This document shows, one piece after another, positions 1 to 12,548 of a DNA stretch of 64,000 nt. Below the pieces are notes generated by a model. The model was given only the letters and a program-made list of their open reading frames with translations. It did not search any database and was not told the DNA's origin. Position 1 is the first letter of the stretch. The number at the start of each line of letters is the position of its first letter. The DNA comes from Epithemia pelagica (lineage: Eukaryota > Protista > Bacillariophyta): positions 372,001 to 436,000 of the forward strand of contig OX337241.1 of NCBI GenBank assembly GCA_946965045.2, given 5' to 3'. The translations under genes and the position numbers were made by a program.

Positions 1-3000
1 AAATGGACCCGCATTATCGCTCATACCTTTCGGGTCTATCGACAATTGCGACGTCGCGTCTTGCAACAAACACCGGCCTCGCATCATCATAATTCGCAAT
101 CGGCGTCCACACGACGGTCCACAGCATCAGCACGGTCTACCACAACCACCACCAATCCAACCTCTCCGTCCACCACGTCTCCATCCACCAACAATAACAG
201 TGGGGAACGTTCACCACAACCAGCTTTGGCCAGCAGCACTGCTTCTTCTTCGGCTCGTCGCAGTACTACTAGTACTACGAGTGGTGGTGGTCCGAGTCAC
301 CACCACAAAAAACCTCGTCGACTCAAACGTCCCATTACCGAAATGACCATGACACGCGAATTTCTCTTGGCGGGGAAATTACATCGAGCCATTACCTTTG
401 GCCTCGATGTACCATCCTTATTGTTTGCCGATGCTTCGGGACGTGAATGTGGCATTTTGGATCCGAATAGTAGTAATAGCCAACAAGATTCCACGGCAGC
501 GGCCCGCCCACCAACTACCAGCACCATGACACCGGATCAAGTCTTGGAACACCGATTGTTTCAAACACCACTCTTGCGAGAATGTGAATTGGATTACAAT
601 CGGGTCTTGGCCCATCGCATGATTCGGGCCTTGGCCAGTCGGACCGATTCGGCATCGCCCGTCCTCAGTGCCCTCTTGACCGAACTCTTTGCCTCGACCG
701 TACTCACTTCCACCATGAGTTTGTTTGGACCCGATACCCTCAATGGATGGATTTTGCAAGCATTGGCGACCGATAGTACTACTGCGAGTAACAGTACTAA
801 TTCGACCAAGGACAATGCCAAATCCGACGCAACCACCACCACCGACAAGACAAGCAAACCCACCACTGCCAAAGGGACTGCAACAGCAGGACCTCGAAAA
901 TCCCAATCCACGTCGGCCTTGACGACGGCAAGTCCACGAAAACATTCCTTGACTACTCACAACAAAGGAATGGGACACTCCCTGTCTGCCGTCCAAGAAG
1001 AAACAGTCTTGGACGAAACTACCGACGACGACAAGATTCATGACAATGCACGATACACGTCGCATGCATCCTCTCTGGCCCTGTCCTCGTCGTCGTCCTT
1101 TCCCGATTCCATGGATACCACTGTGGAAGATCATGGAAATGACGATGATGTGACGGATCCCATTTTGATTGCCTTGCGTCAATCCTTGTTGGAAATGCGG
1201 AATTATATGGATTTTGATCAATTGCGGGCTCGGTCTCTTTCACCCCGATCCTCCTCTTCCTTATTGCATACGACGACTGAAGGAATTGTGGATACGGTCG
1301 AATGGGACGATCCCGATTGTCGTGCGGCCGTACTGAAATTGGTCTTGGTGTTGGAAGCCACCCTGTGTCATGGACGAGCCAACAACAAGAACAAGAACAA
1401 AAAGGCAGCTGTGACACGACCCGTTCGCACGCATTCGGAAGACATGGCGTACAACAACAATGGTGACGAGGATGATCCTCTGGATCCTCAGAATAACAAT
1501 ATCAGCAGCAACAGCAATCACAGTACAGAGTTTGCCAAGGAAAGAGACGAATCAGGACGAGAAGAGGAGGATGAGGATGACGACCATGACGACACTCACA
1601 GAAGTGAAGAGCAGGACATGAACAGGACCAGATCGTTAACCACCGACAGTCAGATAGACGATTCCTTGGCTGATGACCCTGCAATGTTGGCGACAGAATA
1701 CAGAGAGGAGGTGGAAGCCTCTGTAACATTGCCGCAACTATTAATGGAGATGACGGGAGATATTGATGCCTTTGAAGAACGTGTTGCCTCGGAAAATTCG
1801 GTCCTTATGGCACAGGAATCGGTGGCCGAAGGATACTACTCGACCAAGCAGGGCAATGAGGAGGATGGCGATGACGACCATGAGCTTCACCATCATGTGT
1901 TGCCACCCACGGAACAATCCACGCTCCGTACCTTGATTGCCGCATGGCTTCATACGGGGCAAATCCATCGTATCATGACGCTGATTGTACAGGCCCATGC
2001 GACCATTTTGGCTCCCTATTATCACAAATCGGCCTTTTTGCGATCGCTGTCGAAAACCTCCCGTCTAGTACGACATCTACAAGTCTTGGATCAGGTGGAT
2101 GTCTTGGTTGATACCATGGAGGTGCTGGCGAGTCGTCAATGGGATATCCCCATCCATCATGTAAGGAAAAAGAAAGCACCGAAAAAGATTCCTCCACCGG
2201 TGATAATGAGTAGTATGACAACCACTACCAGTGTGAGCACACATGAGGATACCGATGACGAAGCCACACTTGTCACTACAGATTCCACACGCACCATCAA
2301 CGTTAGCGATCATGGCGACTCCATCATCTCTTCATCCCATACCTTAGAAGCCCAGGCGCAGCAGCAGGCGCAGTCTACCAGCGCATCCATGCAAGCCTCG
2401 CAACTTCTTTTGTCGTCCGCAACCGTTCCTCGTCATTTTGATTATCACCGAAACGAAGCCTTTGCAGCCAGTCTGCGCTCTGAGCGGGAACGGCGAATGC
2501 AGTCGTGGTATGCCTATTCCAATATGGACCTGCACAAATCTCCGTCCATGGAAGACGAGTTATCGTCCATGTTTGTGAGTCGAACGACGCGGAACGAAGC
2601 CGAAACACAACGACACAAGGAATTGCACCAAATTGCCCGCATCTTTTACAACGGCACCAACCTTATTTCGATTCGGGATGCGGCGCGGAGAAAGAATGCG
2701 CCACCCCTCACGATACCAATGTCGCCGATGGACAACGCCAACAATAATACACAAGAAACATCATCACCGGAGCAACAGTCACAGACACCAACTGATCCAG
2801 TACAAGATCGTGCCGAGGAGTCTTCTATACAAGCACAACAAGCTTCATCGGAGGAGGAAGATTTGGTGTGGGTATCACTCTTGACCGTAGAGACAGTTTG
2901 CGGTCGAAGGCGTATTGAAGTTCCCGATGACGATTCTTCCTTTCTGTTGCGTGCACAACCACGACCCCTGCATGCGGTGGGTGTTCATCGTGATCAACGC

Positions 3001-5310
3001 AATCACGACCAAAGCTTCAAATGTTTTGCGGCTTCCTACGAAGAACCTGCATTGGGGTCCGATCACTATGCTGGTGGACGGTATATTCGAATGTGTTTAG
3101 TACGCTATTATCCCATTGATCGTACAGCCGCCATTTTCCCCCCACAACAGCAAGATGTAAGGAATAAACTGGATCAGCGGAAAATCGGCAATGTCAACAC
3201 TGTTCCAGAGTTAATCACGCTTGATGTGTCGTCCCCGGCATCCAATCGTCCACAACCAGCACCTGTTCTCTCCTCCGACTTCCTTCGTGAACGGCATATA
3301 TGCCATCGTTGGATTCCGCGAGGAACATCTCGGACACATTCCATGCTTGCCAGTAATGTAATGGAACCCTCGGATTTTACAGCACAACCCAGAACTGGCA
3401 AAGCTATCGACTTTGTTTACCGTATGTCCCTTTACGAGAAACCAATGATTGAATTGAGAAACAAAAAGTTTACGGTTAATGATTCCTTGGCGGCTCGCAA
3501 CACCCATCGCGCGGATGCAAGCTCTATGGAAATAAGTGACGCAACGCTAAGTGCAGCATTGTATGTTTTGGGTGAGTCAACGACAAGCCTGGCTGTAGAA
3601 GAAGGGGGTTCTACTTTGGGCAGCAATGTCCAAATGGGCGAAGATGGATATCCAATCATATGGATGAAATTCAACAGGCAAACACGCGACAGCCAAATTG
3701 AAGTGAAGCCTTATCGCCTCTCTTTTGTTCGGGCGGCCCTGTTGGTCACGGAGGCCCGTCAAGAGGCTCAACTGCAGTCGCTAATTGCCTGCGTCAAAAT
3801 AGGCTCCGCAAAAAACGCCACCAAAGCATTGACCGATGCACGTCTCAAGCCATCTTTAAGGTTATTGTACCATGCCAGTCATAAGAGTCGAGAGAAACAA
3901 TCGCTTTTGCTTCGCGATCTCAAGTTGGGTATTAACCATGTGGATCGTGAACAACTACGCCGAAATGGTCTTCTGAATCCCCGATACCCTACTCAGATTC
4001 AAGATCTTTCAGTGTATGTAGAGGATGCTCTCTTCGCAGAAGACGTTCACGATGCTAATCTTTTTGGGACGACAGGAACGGTCTACAAGATCAAATGCAA
4101 AGCTGTCATCGAACTTATTCACGACGATAATGATCCAGTGGACCAGGAGTGTTATGGCAAACATACTGGATCATTCTCAGAAGAATGGGTCGTCTACCGA
4201 TCATTCAAAGAGTTCCAAACCCTCCACAGGCACCTCAAAGCCATGGTGTCCTCATCGGAATCCTCTGGAAATGCTGTTACTCGGTTGAGTGCTTCCATTC
4301 ATGGGGCCACGAACCCATCATCCATACCGAAACGACATCGTGGTGCTCTTGTTCCTTCACTCTCTCAAGCATCCAAGATTGGGACACTTGGTCTCACGAA
4401 AAAATCCATGCAAAAGCGTAAAGAACATCTTGAAGGTTACCTCAGTTATCTCTTTGCTCCCAACCATCTTTTAAATCGATGTCCCGAATTGCTGTTGTTT
4501 GTGGGTGCGTTTTATCCTCTTCCTCCAGCCGTGAAACTGGATGTGTGCGTCACAGGATTGCCTGACCCGCTCGGTCGAACACGAATGAAGAGGAAAATCA
4601 TTGAGGAAGAAAAACCTGTGATCACTGAACCAAGCTTAGAAGTTGTGTTGGGAGCTACAGGTCTAGGGACCAAACTCAGTAATAGCGATGATGCCGAAGG
4701 GATAGGCGAAGAGAAGGTGGAAACAAAGGTTCGAAAGCCCCGCAGAAAGACAGTTATCTATATGATTCCAGCTATTCGACACAAGATTGATAAAGTGCCT
4801 CTTTCCCAAGTACGGAACCGTATCTTTGAGCTATTCCGTTATCAGTTTGGATTTGACAATGCCTCTTTTATGCGCAACAGAATGCTGGCTGGTCTAAAGA
4901 CGGCTAGTTTCGCTGTTACCAGCGCATCGGACTTTCGCCGTCTACTTTATACGTGGCACACCACGAATCTGAGTACGTCGGCAGTGGCAGGATGGATTGA
5001 CTTCGGTTTGGATCTCATTTGGCCGAATGGAGTATTCTTTCAGGCAGCCCCACCTCTTACACCTGAGCAGCTGGTCGACCAAGCGAAAAAATCAAAACAG
5101 GCATTGCACCAAGCATTCCCAGATGCGGTGCGTGCTCTTCTCGGGCAAGAACTGACTCGAGATGGCCTCAACATTGTCCATGAAATGCTTCAAAACAGGC
5201 TTGTGGTAAAAAGTATGGCATATATGCTATTCGACCTGCTGTGGCTGGAAGTATTTCCAGAGATTGGGGATGTTCTTCAGGGAGGAGCAGCGCTAGATAT
5301 TGACAAGTAA
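1..5310 (+). CDS. Sorting-nexin-like protein, PXA - RUN-like - PX - Nexin_C (SNX13/14/Mdm1-like); 5' partial
   Basis: Frame 1 is open from base 1 (KWTRIIAHTFRVYRQL...) to TAA at 5308-5310, so the gene starts upstream of the window. Motifs: PXA C-terminal-like LLTELFASTVL...PDTLNGWILQ; RUN-like LVLVLEATLCHG and LRTLIAAWL...YYHKSAFLRS; PX WVVYRSFKEFQTLHRHL...KRKEHLEGYL; Nexin_C LIWPNG and VVKSMAYMLFDLLWLEVFPE. Confidence 0.8.
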   Translation, partial: KWTRIIAHTFRVYRQLRRRVLQQTPASHHHNSQSASTRRSTASARSTTTTTNPTSPSTTSPSTNNNSGERSPQPALASSTASSSARRSTTSTTSGGGPSHHHKKPRRLKRPITEMTMTREFLLAGKLHRAITFGLDVPSLLFADASGRECGILDPNSSNSQQDSTAAARPPTTSTMTPDQVLEHRLFQTPLLRECELDYNRVLAHRMIRALASRTDSASPVLSALLTELFASTVLTSTMSLFGPDTLNGWILQALATDSTTASNSTNSTKDNAKSDATTTTDKTSKPTTAKGTATAGPRKSQSTSALTTASPRKHSLTTHNKGMGHSLSAVQEETVLDETTDDDKIHDNARYTSHASSLALSSSSSFPDSMDTTVEDHGNDDDVTDPILIALRQSLLEMRNYMDFDQLRARSLSPRSSSSLLHTTTEGIVDTVEWDDPDCRAAVLKLVLVLEATLCHGRANNKNKNKKAAVTRPVRTHSEDMAYNNNGDEDDPLDPQNNNISSNSNHSTEFAKERDESGREEEDEDDDHDDTHRSEEQDMNRTRSLTTDSQIDDSLADDPAMLATEYREEVEASVTLPQLLMEMTGDIDAFEERVASENSVLMAQESVAEGYYSTKQGNEEDGDDDHELHHHVLPPTEQSTLRTLIAAWLHTGQIHRIMTLIVQAHATILAPYYHKSAFLRSLSKTSRLVRHLQVLDQVDVLVDTMEVLASRQWDIPIHHVRKKKAPKKIPPPVIMSSMTTTTSVSTHEDTDDEATLVTTDSTRTINVSDHGDSIISSSHTLEAQAQQQAQSTSASMQASQLLLSSATVPRHFDYHRNEAFAASLRSERERRMQSWYAYSNMDLHKSPSMEDELSSMFVSRTTRNEAETQRHKELHQIARIFYNGTNLISIRDAARRKNAPPLTIPMSPMDNANNNTQETSSPEQQSQTPTDPVQDRAEESSIQAQQASSEEEDLVWVSLLTVETVCGRRRIEVPDDDSSFLLRAQPRPLHAVGVHRDQRNHDQSFKCFAASYEEPALGSDHYAGGRYIRMCLVRYYPIDRTAAIFPPQQQDVRNKLDQRKIGNVNTVPELITLDVSSPASNRPQPAPVLSSDFLRERHICHRWIPRGTSRTHSMLASNVMEPSDFTAQPRTGKAIDFVYRMSLYEKPMIELRNKKFTVNDSLAARNTHRADASSMEISDATLSAALYVLGESTTSLAVEEGGSTLGSNVQMGEDGYPIIWMKFNRQTRDSQIEVKPYRLSFVRAALLVTEARQEAQLQSLIACVKIGSAKNATKALTDARLKPSLRLLYHASHKSREKQSLLLRDLKLGINHVDREQLRRNGLLNPRYPTQIQDLSVYVEDALFAEDVHDANLFGTTGTVYKIKCKAVIELIHDDNDPVDQECYGKHTGSFSEEWVVYRSFKEFQTLHRHLKAMVSSSESSGNAVTRLSASIHGATNPSSIPKRHRGALVPSLSQASKIGTLGLTKKSMQKRKEHLEGYLSYLFAPNHLLNRCPELLLFVGAFYPLPPAVKLDVCVTGLPDPLGRTRMKRKIIEEEKPVITEPSLEVVLGATGLGTKLSNSDDAEGIGEEKVETKVRKPRRKTVIYMIPAIRHKIDKVPLSQVRNRIFELFRYQFGFDNASFMRNRMLAGLKTASFAVTSASDFRRLLYTWHTTNLSTSAVAGWIDFGLDLIWPNGVFFQAAPPLTPEQLVDQAKKSKQALHQAFPDAVRALLGQELTRDGLNIVHEMLQNRLVVKSMAYMLFDLLWLEVFPEIGDVLQGGAALDIDK

Positions 5311-5401
5311 AGTAACTAACTCGGTTTCGATTCTGCTTCCAAAGCGTCTGACTCATTGGTCGTTGGTCGGAACCCCAAAATTTTCAAGACGAGTTCAGCA
5401 T

Positions 5402-8400
5402 CTAGCCAACCGCAGACACTGGTTCATGGGGTGTCGACTCTGAACCAGCCTCATCTTCTGGCTCTCTGATCATCTCCACTGCCACAGTTGATTCACCATG
5501 GCGAGACTCAGTTCCTAACGTCACCTTGCGCTGATGACGTAGCTCTTGCTTGCTCAAATTAAGGAGCTGTGCCTCAACGGAAGTGGACTGGGATGAAAGA
5601 GACTCAAGACTTCCGACTGCTTGTAAGTTTCGGTTATCCTCTTCCAGCTGTATCACATAGTGTGTAACGACTTGTCGTTGCTCTTTGCCACTGCTCCCAA
5701 CCATGTTCCTGCGGTTGCCCAATGCATCAGATAATGAAGTCGAAGCTGGTAGTTTCCGTCGTTTGGCTGAAAATTCTTTGTCATCGTGCTCTTTTACCCC
5801 CGGCCTTGCAACTCCCGTCCCCACATGCAGCTCGCTCGCCAACTTCCGTCGCTTCTGATCGTGGTCATCATCTTCAATGGGATGAGGATGGAATAATGAA
5901 GACTGTTCAGAAACGATAGGTGCAATTGAGGCATGGCAGGCAATTGCCTGTTTTGGTGTACTTGCCCCACTCGAGAGACTTTGGTCTCGTGTTCCTCGAA
6001 CACTAGTACGGCGATCGACGGCAGCAGTGTTGGCATGGACACTTATCATACCACTAGCCGATGATGATGTCCCCCCGACCGGTGGCCCTTCTTTGTGAAA
6101 TGCGACACTTTTCCCAACCAACTGCCGATTCTTGGACACAACATGAACCAGATGAAGCCGACCAAAGCCACTAGCTGCAACCAGACGTTCAAGGGTGCTC
6201 TGATTCCGTGAATAGTGCCGTCTTCCTCTACTTGTCATGTCTGTCGTTGGTCTTCCTCTCCCATCTACTGAGGCAAAGGATGGGCTCGAATACACAGTAT
6301 TTTGATTCGAGACACTAGCTTGTGGATTTCCTGAGGCCGAGGACGAGTGTTCACCGTCTGCTCTGCTCACCTGTCGATCGAACATTGCAGCGTCGTTCGG
6401 AAGCGACAACACATGCCGAATGGGCTTGCCCGTGACTTTGTGGGCATCGATCCCAGTAAGTCGTGTGAATGCAGCATTTGAGTGGACAATCAAAAATGGG
6501 TATGTCGATTGAATCACAACTCTGTTTTCGAGGAATGGTGATTGAGATCAAGTGAGTAACTCTTCACGATTCACAACTACGTGAACAAAAAAACACAGAA
6601 CCAACCACATACCTTGGAATCTTGCTAAACTGAAGAACTTGGTCAAACGAAATTGGCTTGCCTGGTCGAAAGAGATTTTCTGGTTTTCGATCACTAGATT
6701 CGGACGACTCCATATATTGTTGAGCCTCATACTCTCTTCGCATTTCGATACGTTTCCGCTTCTTGTCCTGCAGTTTTCGTTCGCGTTCAGCTTCAATGTT
6801 TTCCTTGCGGGCAAGTGATGACGAAGCAGCAGCAGGGGCAACAGCAGCGTTTGGCCCAGGTGTTGGTGGCTCCTTTTTGTGGTGGTGGTGGTGGTTATCA
6901 ACACCCTGATGGTGGTGGGGATGATGATGAGACGGATCACGTGCCTTTGCCACCAATGCACCAGAATGTATCTTGGTATCCGACTGGTCCGAACCGGCTT
7001 CCGTGTTTCCCCCTTTGGCTTCCCCTCCGGCAGGAATCTGCTCTTCACTGGCACTGCCGCCCTTTCCTTCTTCGCTACTCCCTGCCTTTCCTCCCTCTTC
7101 GCTACTCCCCACCTTGCCCCCTTCTTCACTTGCACTTCCCTTGTTGAATTCATTGCCACTTCCAGAACTGCCTTGGCCACTTCCACTTCCACTTCCTGTA
7201 TTACCTGCACTGCCCGACGATGCGGCGCTGGGTCCTGTACTATCGGTTCGATTGCTGGAGGATATATCAGTCACAATTCTTGGTGGGACAGCCTCTCGGT
7301 GATTGTGGTGGTGAAGATGATGGTGGTGATGGGGGAGATGGTGATGATGAAAGGCTGCACCCGGTGGTGGTGGGGGTGCCGCCGAGGAAGACGAGGCCGA
7401 ACTTTCGGGACTATCGTCGCATTCTTTGCGTTTGGCCGGAGCAGCACTCAAGGAAGCTGCTGTGGCCACAGCACTTTGGTCTTGTCCTTTGGGCTTTTGG
7501 TCCATGGCAGAACTGGAGGAGTCTTCTTCTTCTCCATCGTCCGCGTTGGGAGTCTGCTTCTTTTCTTGGATTCGTACACGGCGTTCCCCTCCGGCAGCCG
7601 TCGTCGTCGTATTAGCTGCCGTGGTTTGTGGCTCGCCATTTGCTTCTTGGTCCCCCTTTTGACTGGCCTTGGCCAAGTGCTTTCGCTTGGTTCGTGCTAG
7701 AACCACCATGGAAGAAGAGTCCGACTTGTTGGTATCTTCGTCGTCGTCATTGTCATCCTTTTGGGTAGTACGTCTCTTTCCGTGTGCCACAGGTAGTGCC
7801 TCGCCATGGGGTTGAGCCATGGTAGTACCGCTGCTTGTCGTTGTGGCTGCTGCACTTGTGGGTGGTGGTGGTGGAGGTCGTTTTTGGCCTCCTTCACCCG
7901 ATGAGGAACCACTTTGTTGACTGGAATGAGTGGTGGTAAAAAACGACGTGAAACCCTCCGACGTTGAGTCTTGTTGTTGTTGTTGCGACGAAGGAGGAGG
8001 GGGTAGTTTTGGTTCGACCGCTGTGGTGGCGTCGGCCATGACTGCATCCGACGAGGTGGCGGTCCCATGGGAATCTGGTTCTTGCAATGGTTGCTGCTCT
8101 TGTGGCTGTTGCTGCTGTTGTTGCATCATTTGTTGTTGTTGTTGTTGATTGGCCAACAAATGATTGGACAAGAGAACGCCATGGTATAGAAAAAATGGCC
8201 GTACCATCTAAACAAAATTCACACCAACAATAAAAAACAAAACAGTAGAGGCCAAACAGTAAGAGACAAATTCCTTTTGGACTGGCACACACACACGCAC
8301 AATTCTGCTCGAATCCACAAACCTACCTCCATGAGCTGAATATAACTATTGACAGTCGGTGTCTCGGTAGCGTCTCCGGCAAGCTTGCTTTCCCCCTTTG

Positions 8401-9727
8401 CGATGCTCTCTCCGGAACCCGTTGCTTGGCCATTGCCCTCTGCCGCAGCAGCGGAGGAGGAGGTTGTGGTCGGTGGTGGTGGGGGAAGAGGAATGGGGAA
8501 CAAGGAATTTTCAGTATTGGGTAGTACCGATACCGAACTGAGATCAATGCGTGGATCCATGGGATTGCCGACGCGAATCCCATTGAATTGTGGCAACCAA
8601 GACGCCGGGATTGGTGGCAATGGCAGCTGTGAGGATGCTGTTGCAGCGGTGGTGGTGGCCCCCAAGGGATTGGGTGTTTCCGTAGTAGTACCGCCCATGG
8701 TGGTTTTGCCAAAAAAGCTGGCATTTTCCAGCTCCAGTTGGGCACGAGCTTTCCAAATGGCTTCAATATCCAAAATATCGGGAGATTTGAGTGGCAACGT
8801 GGGCAATCCGGCCAGCGAGGAGGACACCATGCCCGTTTGCGATGCCCTTCGACTTTGCAAAATCTGTTCCAAATCACGTTCCGCTTCATCCATGGTCATG
8901 GCTGTATCGTCCATCAGGGCATGACTCTCTTTGCGTCGTCGCGAAGATGCTGCCGCAGCAAGGGCACCATGCGAAGACGACTTTGTCATGCCTGTCGTGG
9001 AGGAGGATATGGTAGCTGTCCTTCCAGTACGTGCTTGGTCTCCTGCAGTCGTAGTGTTGTGGCTGTTGTTGTTGCCTTGTTTGGTGTGGCTGCTGCCCTT
9101 GGTGGGATCCTCATCTTCGGGATCATGAATGTCCAATTGATTCATGAGGAGAAGGGGATTGTTGTTGTTGTTGGTAGTGGTTGGACCGGTAGTACTATTG
9201 CCAGTGCCCTTGTTTTTGTTGGCACTTTCATCCGACGATTGATCCGAGGCGGAACAATCGGCACTGTATCCACCCGTTCCACTGCTGCTAGAATGACCCT
9301 TATTGTCACCACTCCGTGATGACGAAGCTGCCGAATCCGAGGAGGAGGCTTCCTTGGCATCTTCCTCGTCGTCTTCTTCCGAACCCGAAGCCGCAGCCGC
9401 AGTGTTGCTGTTGTTGTTGTTGGCTGCTGCTGCTGCCGTGGATGGACCCGAAATTGTTGGTTCTTCTTCGTTGTGTGCCGGCTGTTGTTGTTGTTGTGGT
9501 TGCGGCTCTCTTGTTTCGTGGGGCAGTGGTTGGAATGGATCAAGTGGTGACAAAGGATTTCCTCCTCCAGTGGTTTCTCCCATTGTACTAGGAGTGTCCT
9601 CCTCCATTTGCATTGGAGCCATGGACACTTGCTCGTTCTTGTGGTTGTGGTTGCAGCCCGCCTCCTCCTTGGATGAGTCTTCCCCCATTATTGCATGGTC
9701 CTCCTCCAGGACGGAATTGTTATTCAT
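5402..9727 (-). CDS. Low-complexity protein with a C-terminal PAS-like fold (about 1371 aa, 3 exons)
   Basis: Three ORFs join in frame through GT-AG introns. Exons: 9727-8327, 8207-6613, 6521-5402. Introns: 8326-8208 (GTAGGT...TTTAG, phase 0) and 6612-6522 (GTATGT...AACAG, phase 2). Total 4116 nt. PAS-like RVVIQSTYPFLIVHSNAAFTRLTGIDAHKVTGKPI. Confidence 0.7.
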
Positions 9728-11645
9728 TGTTGTTGTTTTGTTGCTTGTAGTGTGTCAGAGTAGTATTAGTTGTTGTACCAATCATTGGTTGCACACATTT
9801 GTCTCGTTGTTTCAGTTGTTGTGTGATGGCATACGATTGTTGTGGCTTTTTCTATTTTCTTGAAGATTGGAACGATAGACAATATTCTTGCAGCAGCGCG
9901 GACTTTTTTAATTGGATGACAAGGACGACAACGAGAACGAATCGTCCGAGACTTTGCCACTACGTGAGGGGGATCGAAAAGTGCGTGCCTCGAAAGCACG
10001 GTGTGCGTACGAATTTTGTGGCAAATCCGAATGGAAAGAAGAACCAAATTCCTTAAATGGAATGAATATGATGCATTCTTTTGTTCCTCTTGTGAAATGA
10101 CGTCAATGTACGTCATAAATTATAGTTAACAAAACGGCTGGATCTCGACGTTCATCACTCTGTGTCACAATAAGTGAAACGGGGTGCGACAGAAAGCTCT
10201 AACACAGTACCGCCCAGGGACCAATGCTCTCTCGAACCCGGTTTGGAAAACCCGAACCACACAGAGAGTCTGTGAGGATGATGGCCTCATCGAACATCAC
10301 GGATCAAACGCCGCCATGAGAACCATTCTATCTCTCTCTATTGCTCATACTACCCTTAAATAGACAAATTCGAATACTCCATTTCGCTCTTGGCACTAGC
10401 TACTAGAGGGAACCCAAGGACACACGAGCCGGAAATCCGTGTGTGGTTTCCTCCATTCTCACATACTTGAAATCAAAGAAGGACGGCAACTACTCTAGAG
10501 AGCTGGGAGACCATGCATCACACACAGTGTTGGAGAACCACATACTACCTCGAGACACTGTGTGGACTTGGAAAACAAAAAGGGTGATAACTCTTTGGTC
10601 ATGACCGTTTCTACTCTCTAGAGTGTTGGTGCACCCTCGTTCTGGAGTTTTGTGGATCGGCGTGCCTCTCTCATTGTCTCTTCTTCTTCTTCTTCTTCTT
10701 CTCTCCTCATTGCGTCGCAACCGCAAAATCAACGGCCCAAACTCAATTCCCACATATCCAAAGATGGCGCCATGTTTGCTTCAGTGGTTCCAAACAACCC
10801 ATGTAGACTCTCTCTCTCTCTCTCTCTCAGACTGGGCCACCTTTTTTTCTTGGAAACCAAGTTTGACGTGGTCTGTAGGAGGTTATTCGGCCTTGGTTCA
10901 TAGGACACATTGCAGTATAATCCCAACTGTCGAGAGTTCGGGTGGCCTATTGTGTTGCAGCCGTTTTCTGCGGTCCAAGGAAAGGTCGTGATTGATTCGA
11001 GCAGCAAAAATGACCTTGGTTCCAGACTGTGCCACTTCACACTCGACTACTACCTACTTTGGTGGGGAACAATCGTTTTGTGCCGAAACGTCTGGTTATG
11101 TACTATCGAGGTTTCAAAGCGCCGGATAACTATAAAGCACCAATATGTGACTTGCAGCTCTCTTTTTCGTGGAGCACTAGGTGTCGATGGGAGAGCCAAT
11201 GGCAAAGAACAGACAAGAGCTCCTGGATGACATGGATCACCCCGTTAGTTGGTTCCGAATCAGTGCAACAAGAAGAGCGGAAAAGAGACAATATAGCATA
11301 AAGTGACATGGATCCCTGTTGGGTTTGTAGTTGGGAAGGCAGTGATTGCGGGGGTACCTTTGCTCGTCCGTCATCCGAAAGGAAAAAATTGCCTCGTATT
11401 TTTCCCCAAAGCGCCAGCCGTGTCAAAGCGCCAGCATGCCTTTGATCGTTCGAAATTTACGCGCCTGTCATGCCGGTCACGCCTTGTATTCCTTGCATGA
11501 ATCGTCTCCTTTTTCGTGCAATACCACAAAAGACAACCATTGGCAATGGGCACACCAAAAACCAAAAGAAAACCATCCAGCGTAACGAAAGACCACAATC
11601 ACAACTTTATGGTCAAAACAATCCACCAAGATCACACAAGGTGGC

Positions 11646-12548
11646 ATGCATCAATGGAAGGATGACAACATGACAATCAACCACTGCAATGCAGAAGCGG
11701 AGAAGGTTTGGACGATGAAGCCAAATGAAGGACAGCTTCATCCTGTGACTTTGGGTGGTCGGGATTGGAAAATTCATTCCCGGTCCTTGGGGACATTAGG
11801 GGGGAAGAATGCGAATCCAACGGTCATAGTCATTTACCCATTACCTCTGTACTTGGAAGGCGGATCCAAGCTACGTAGTTTCTAAGCTTAGTCTTTTGTT
11901 TGAATTGGAACTTGCTTTCGTTACGACACGAATAAGTGATTGTTTTGTGACAATCCAGATTGGACAGATTGGACAATGTCATTTTCCTCCCCATGCGACT
12001 CGAGAAAGTTTCCCTTTTCAACTGGAGACAAGAAGATTTATCTCAGCACCCTTATCGACGACGAGAAGGTTGTCGAACACGTTTTGATGCTCGCCAAGAA
12101 CGAAGATGACCCCCCGCTTGTTTTTGGATGGAATGACGCTGGTTTGCAGGAATTTTGGGGTAAGGCTGCTGCTTATGGTGCTACTATGGGCGCCCTGCTG
12201 CCTCCAAATTCCATCAATGGGGGCGTTGCGATTCCTGCCCATGGCGCGATGGCCACGGTGGGCCAAGACCTTGACAATCTCAAGATTTGGATTCTCGATT
12301 TCGTCCGCCTACAGGAGAACCCTCCTCCTGCGGTCTTTGGAGTCACGGCAGGGTTGGCCTGTTCTCAACAACAGTTCTTTTTAATGGGTGTTCGTCTTGC
12401 GCAGATGATTCACCATCCATGGTTTGCGGCTGTCATTGGCCATGGCGCGCAGATCACTCAACCTTTGGTGAGTATTTGGCTTCCTCGTCCGCGTGTTGCC
12501 AGTGGACTATGCGATCCAATTCCTGTGGGATCCGCATTGATCCAGTAA
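11646..12548 (+). CDS. Hypothetical protein, possibly 2 exons (about 272 aa)
   Basis: ORF 11646-11874 can splice in phase 1 through GTAGTT(11875)...ATCCAG(11958) into the 11940-12548 ORF. No family recognised. Confidence 0.35.
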
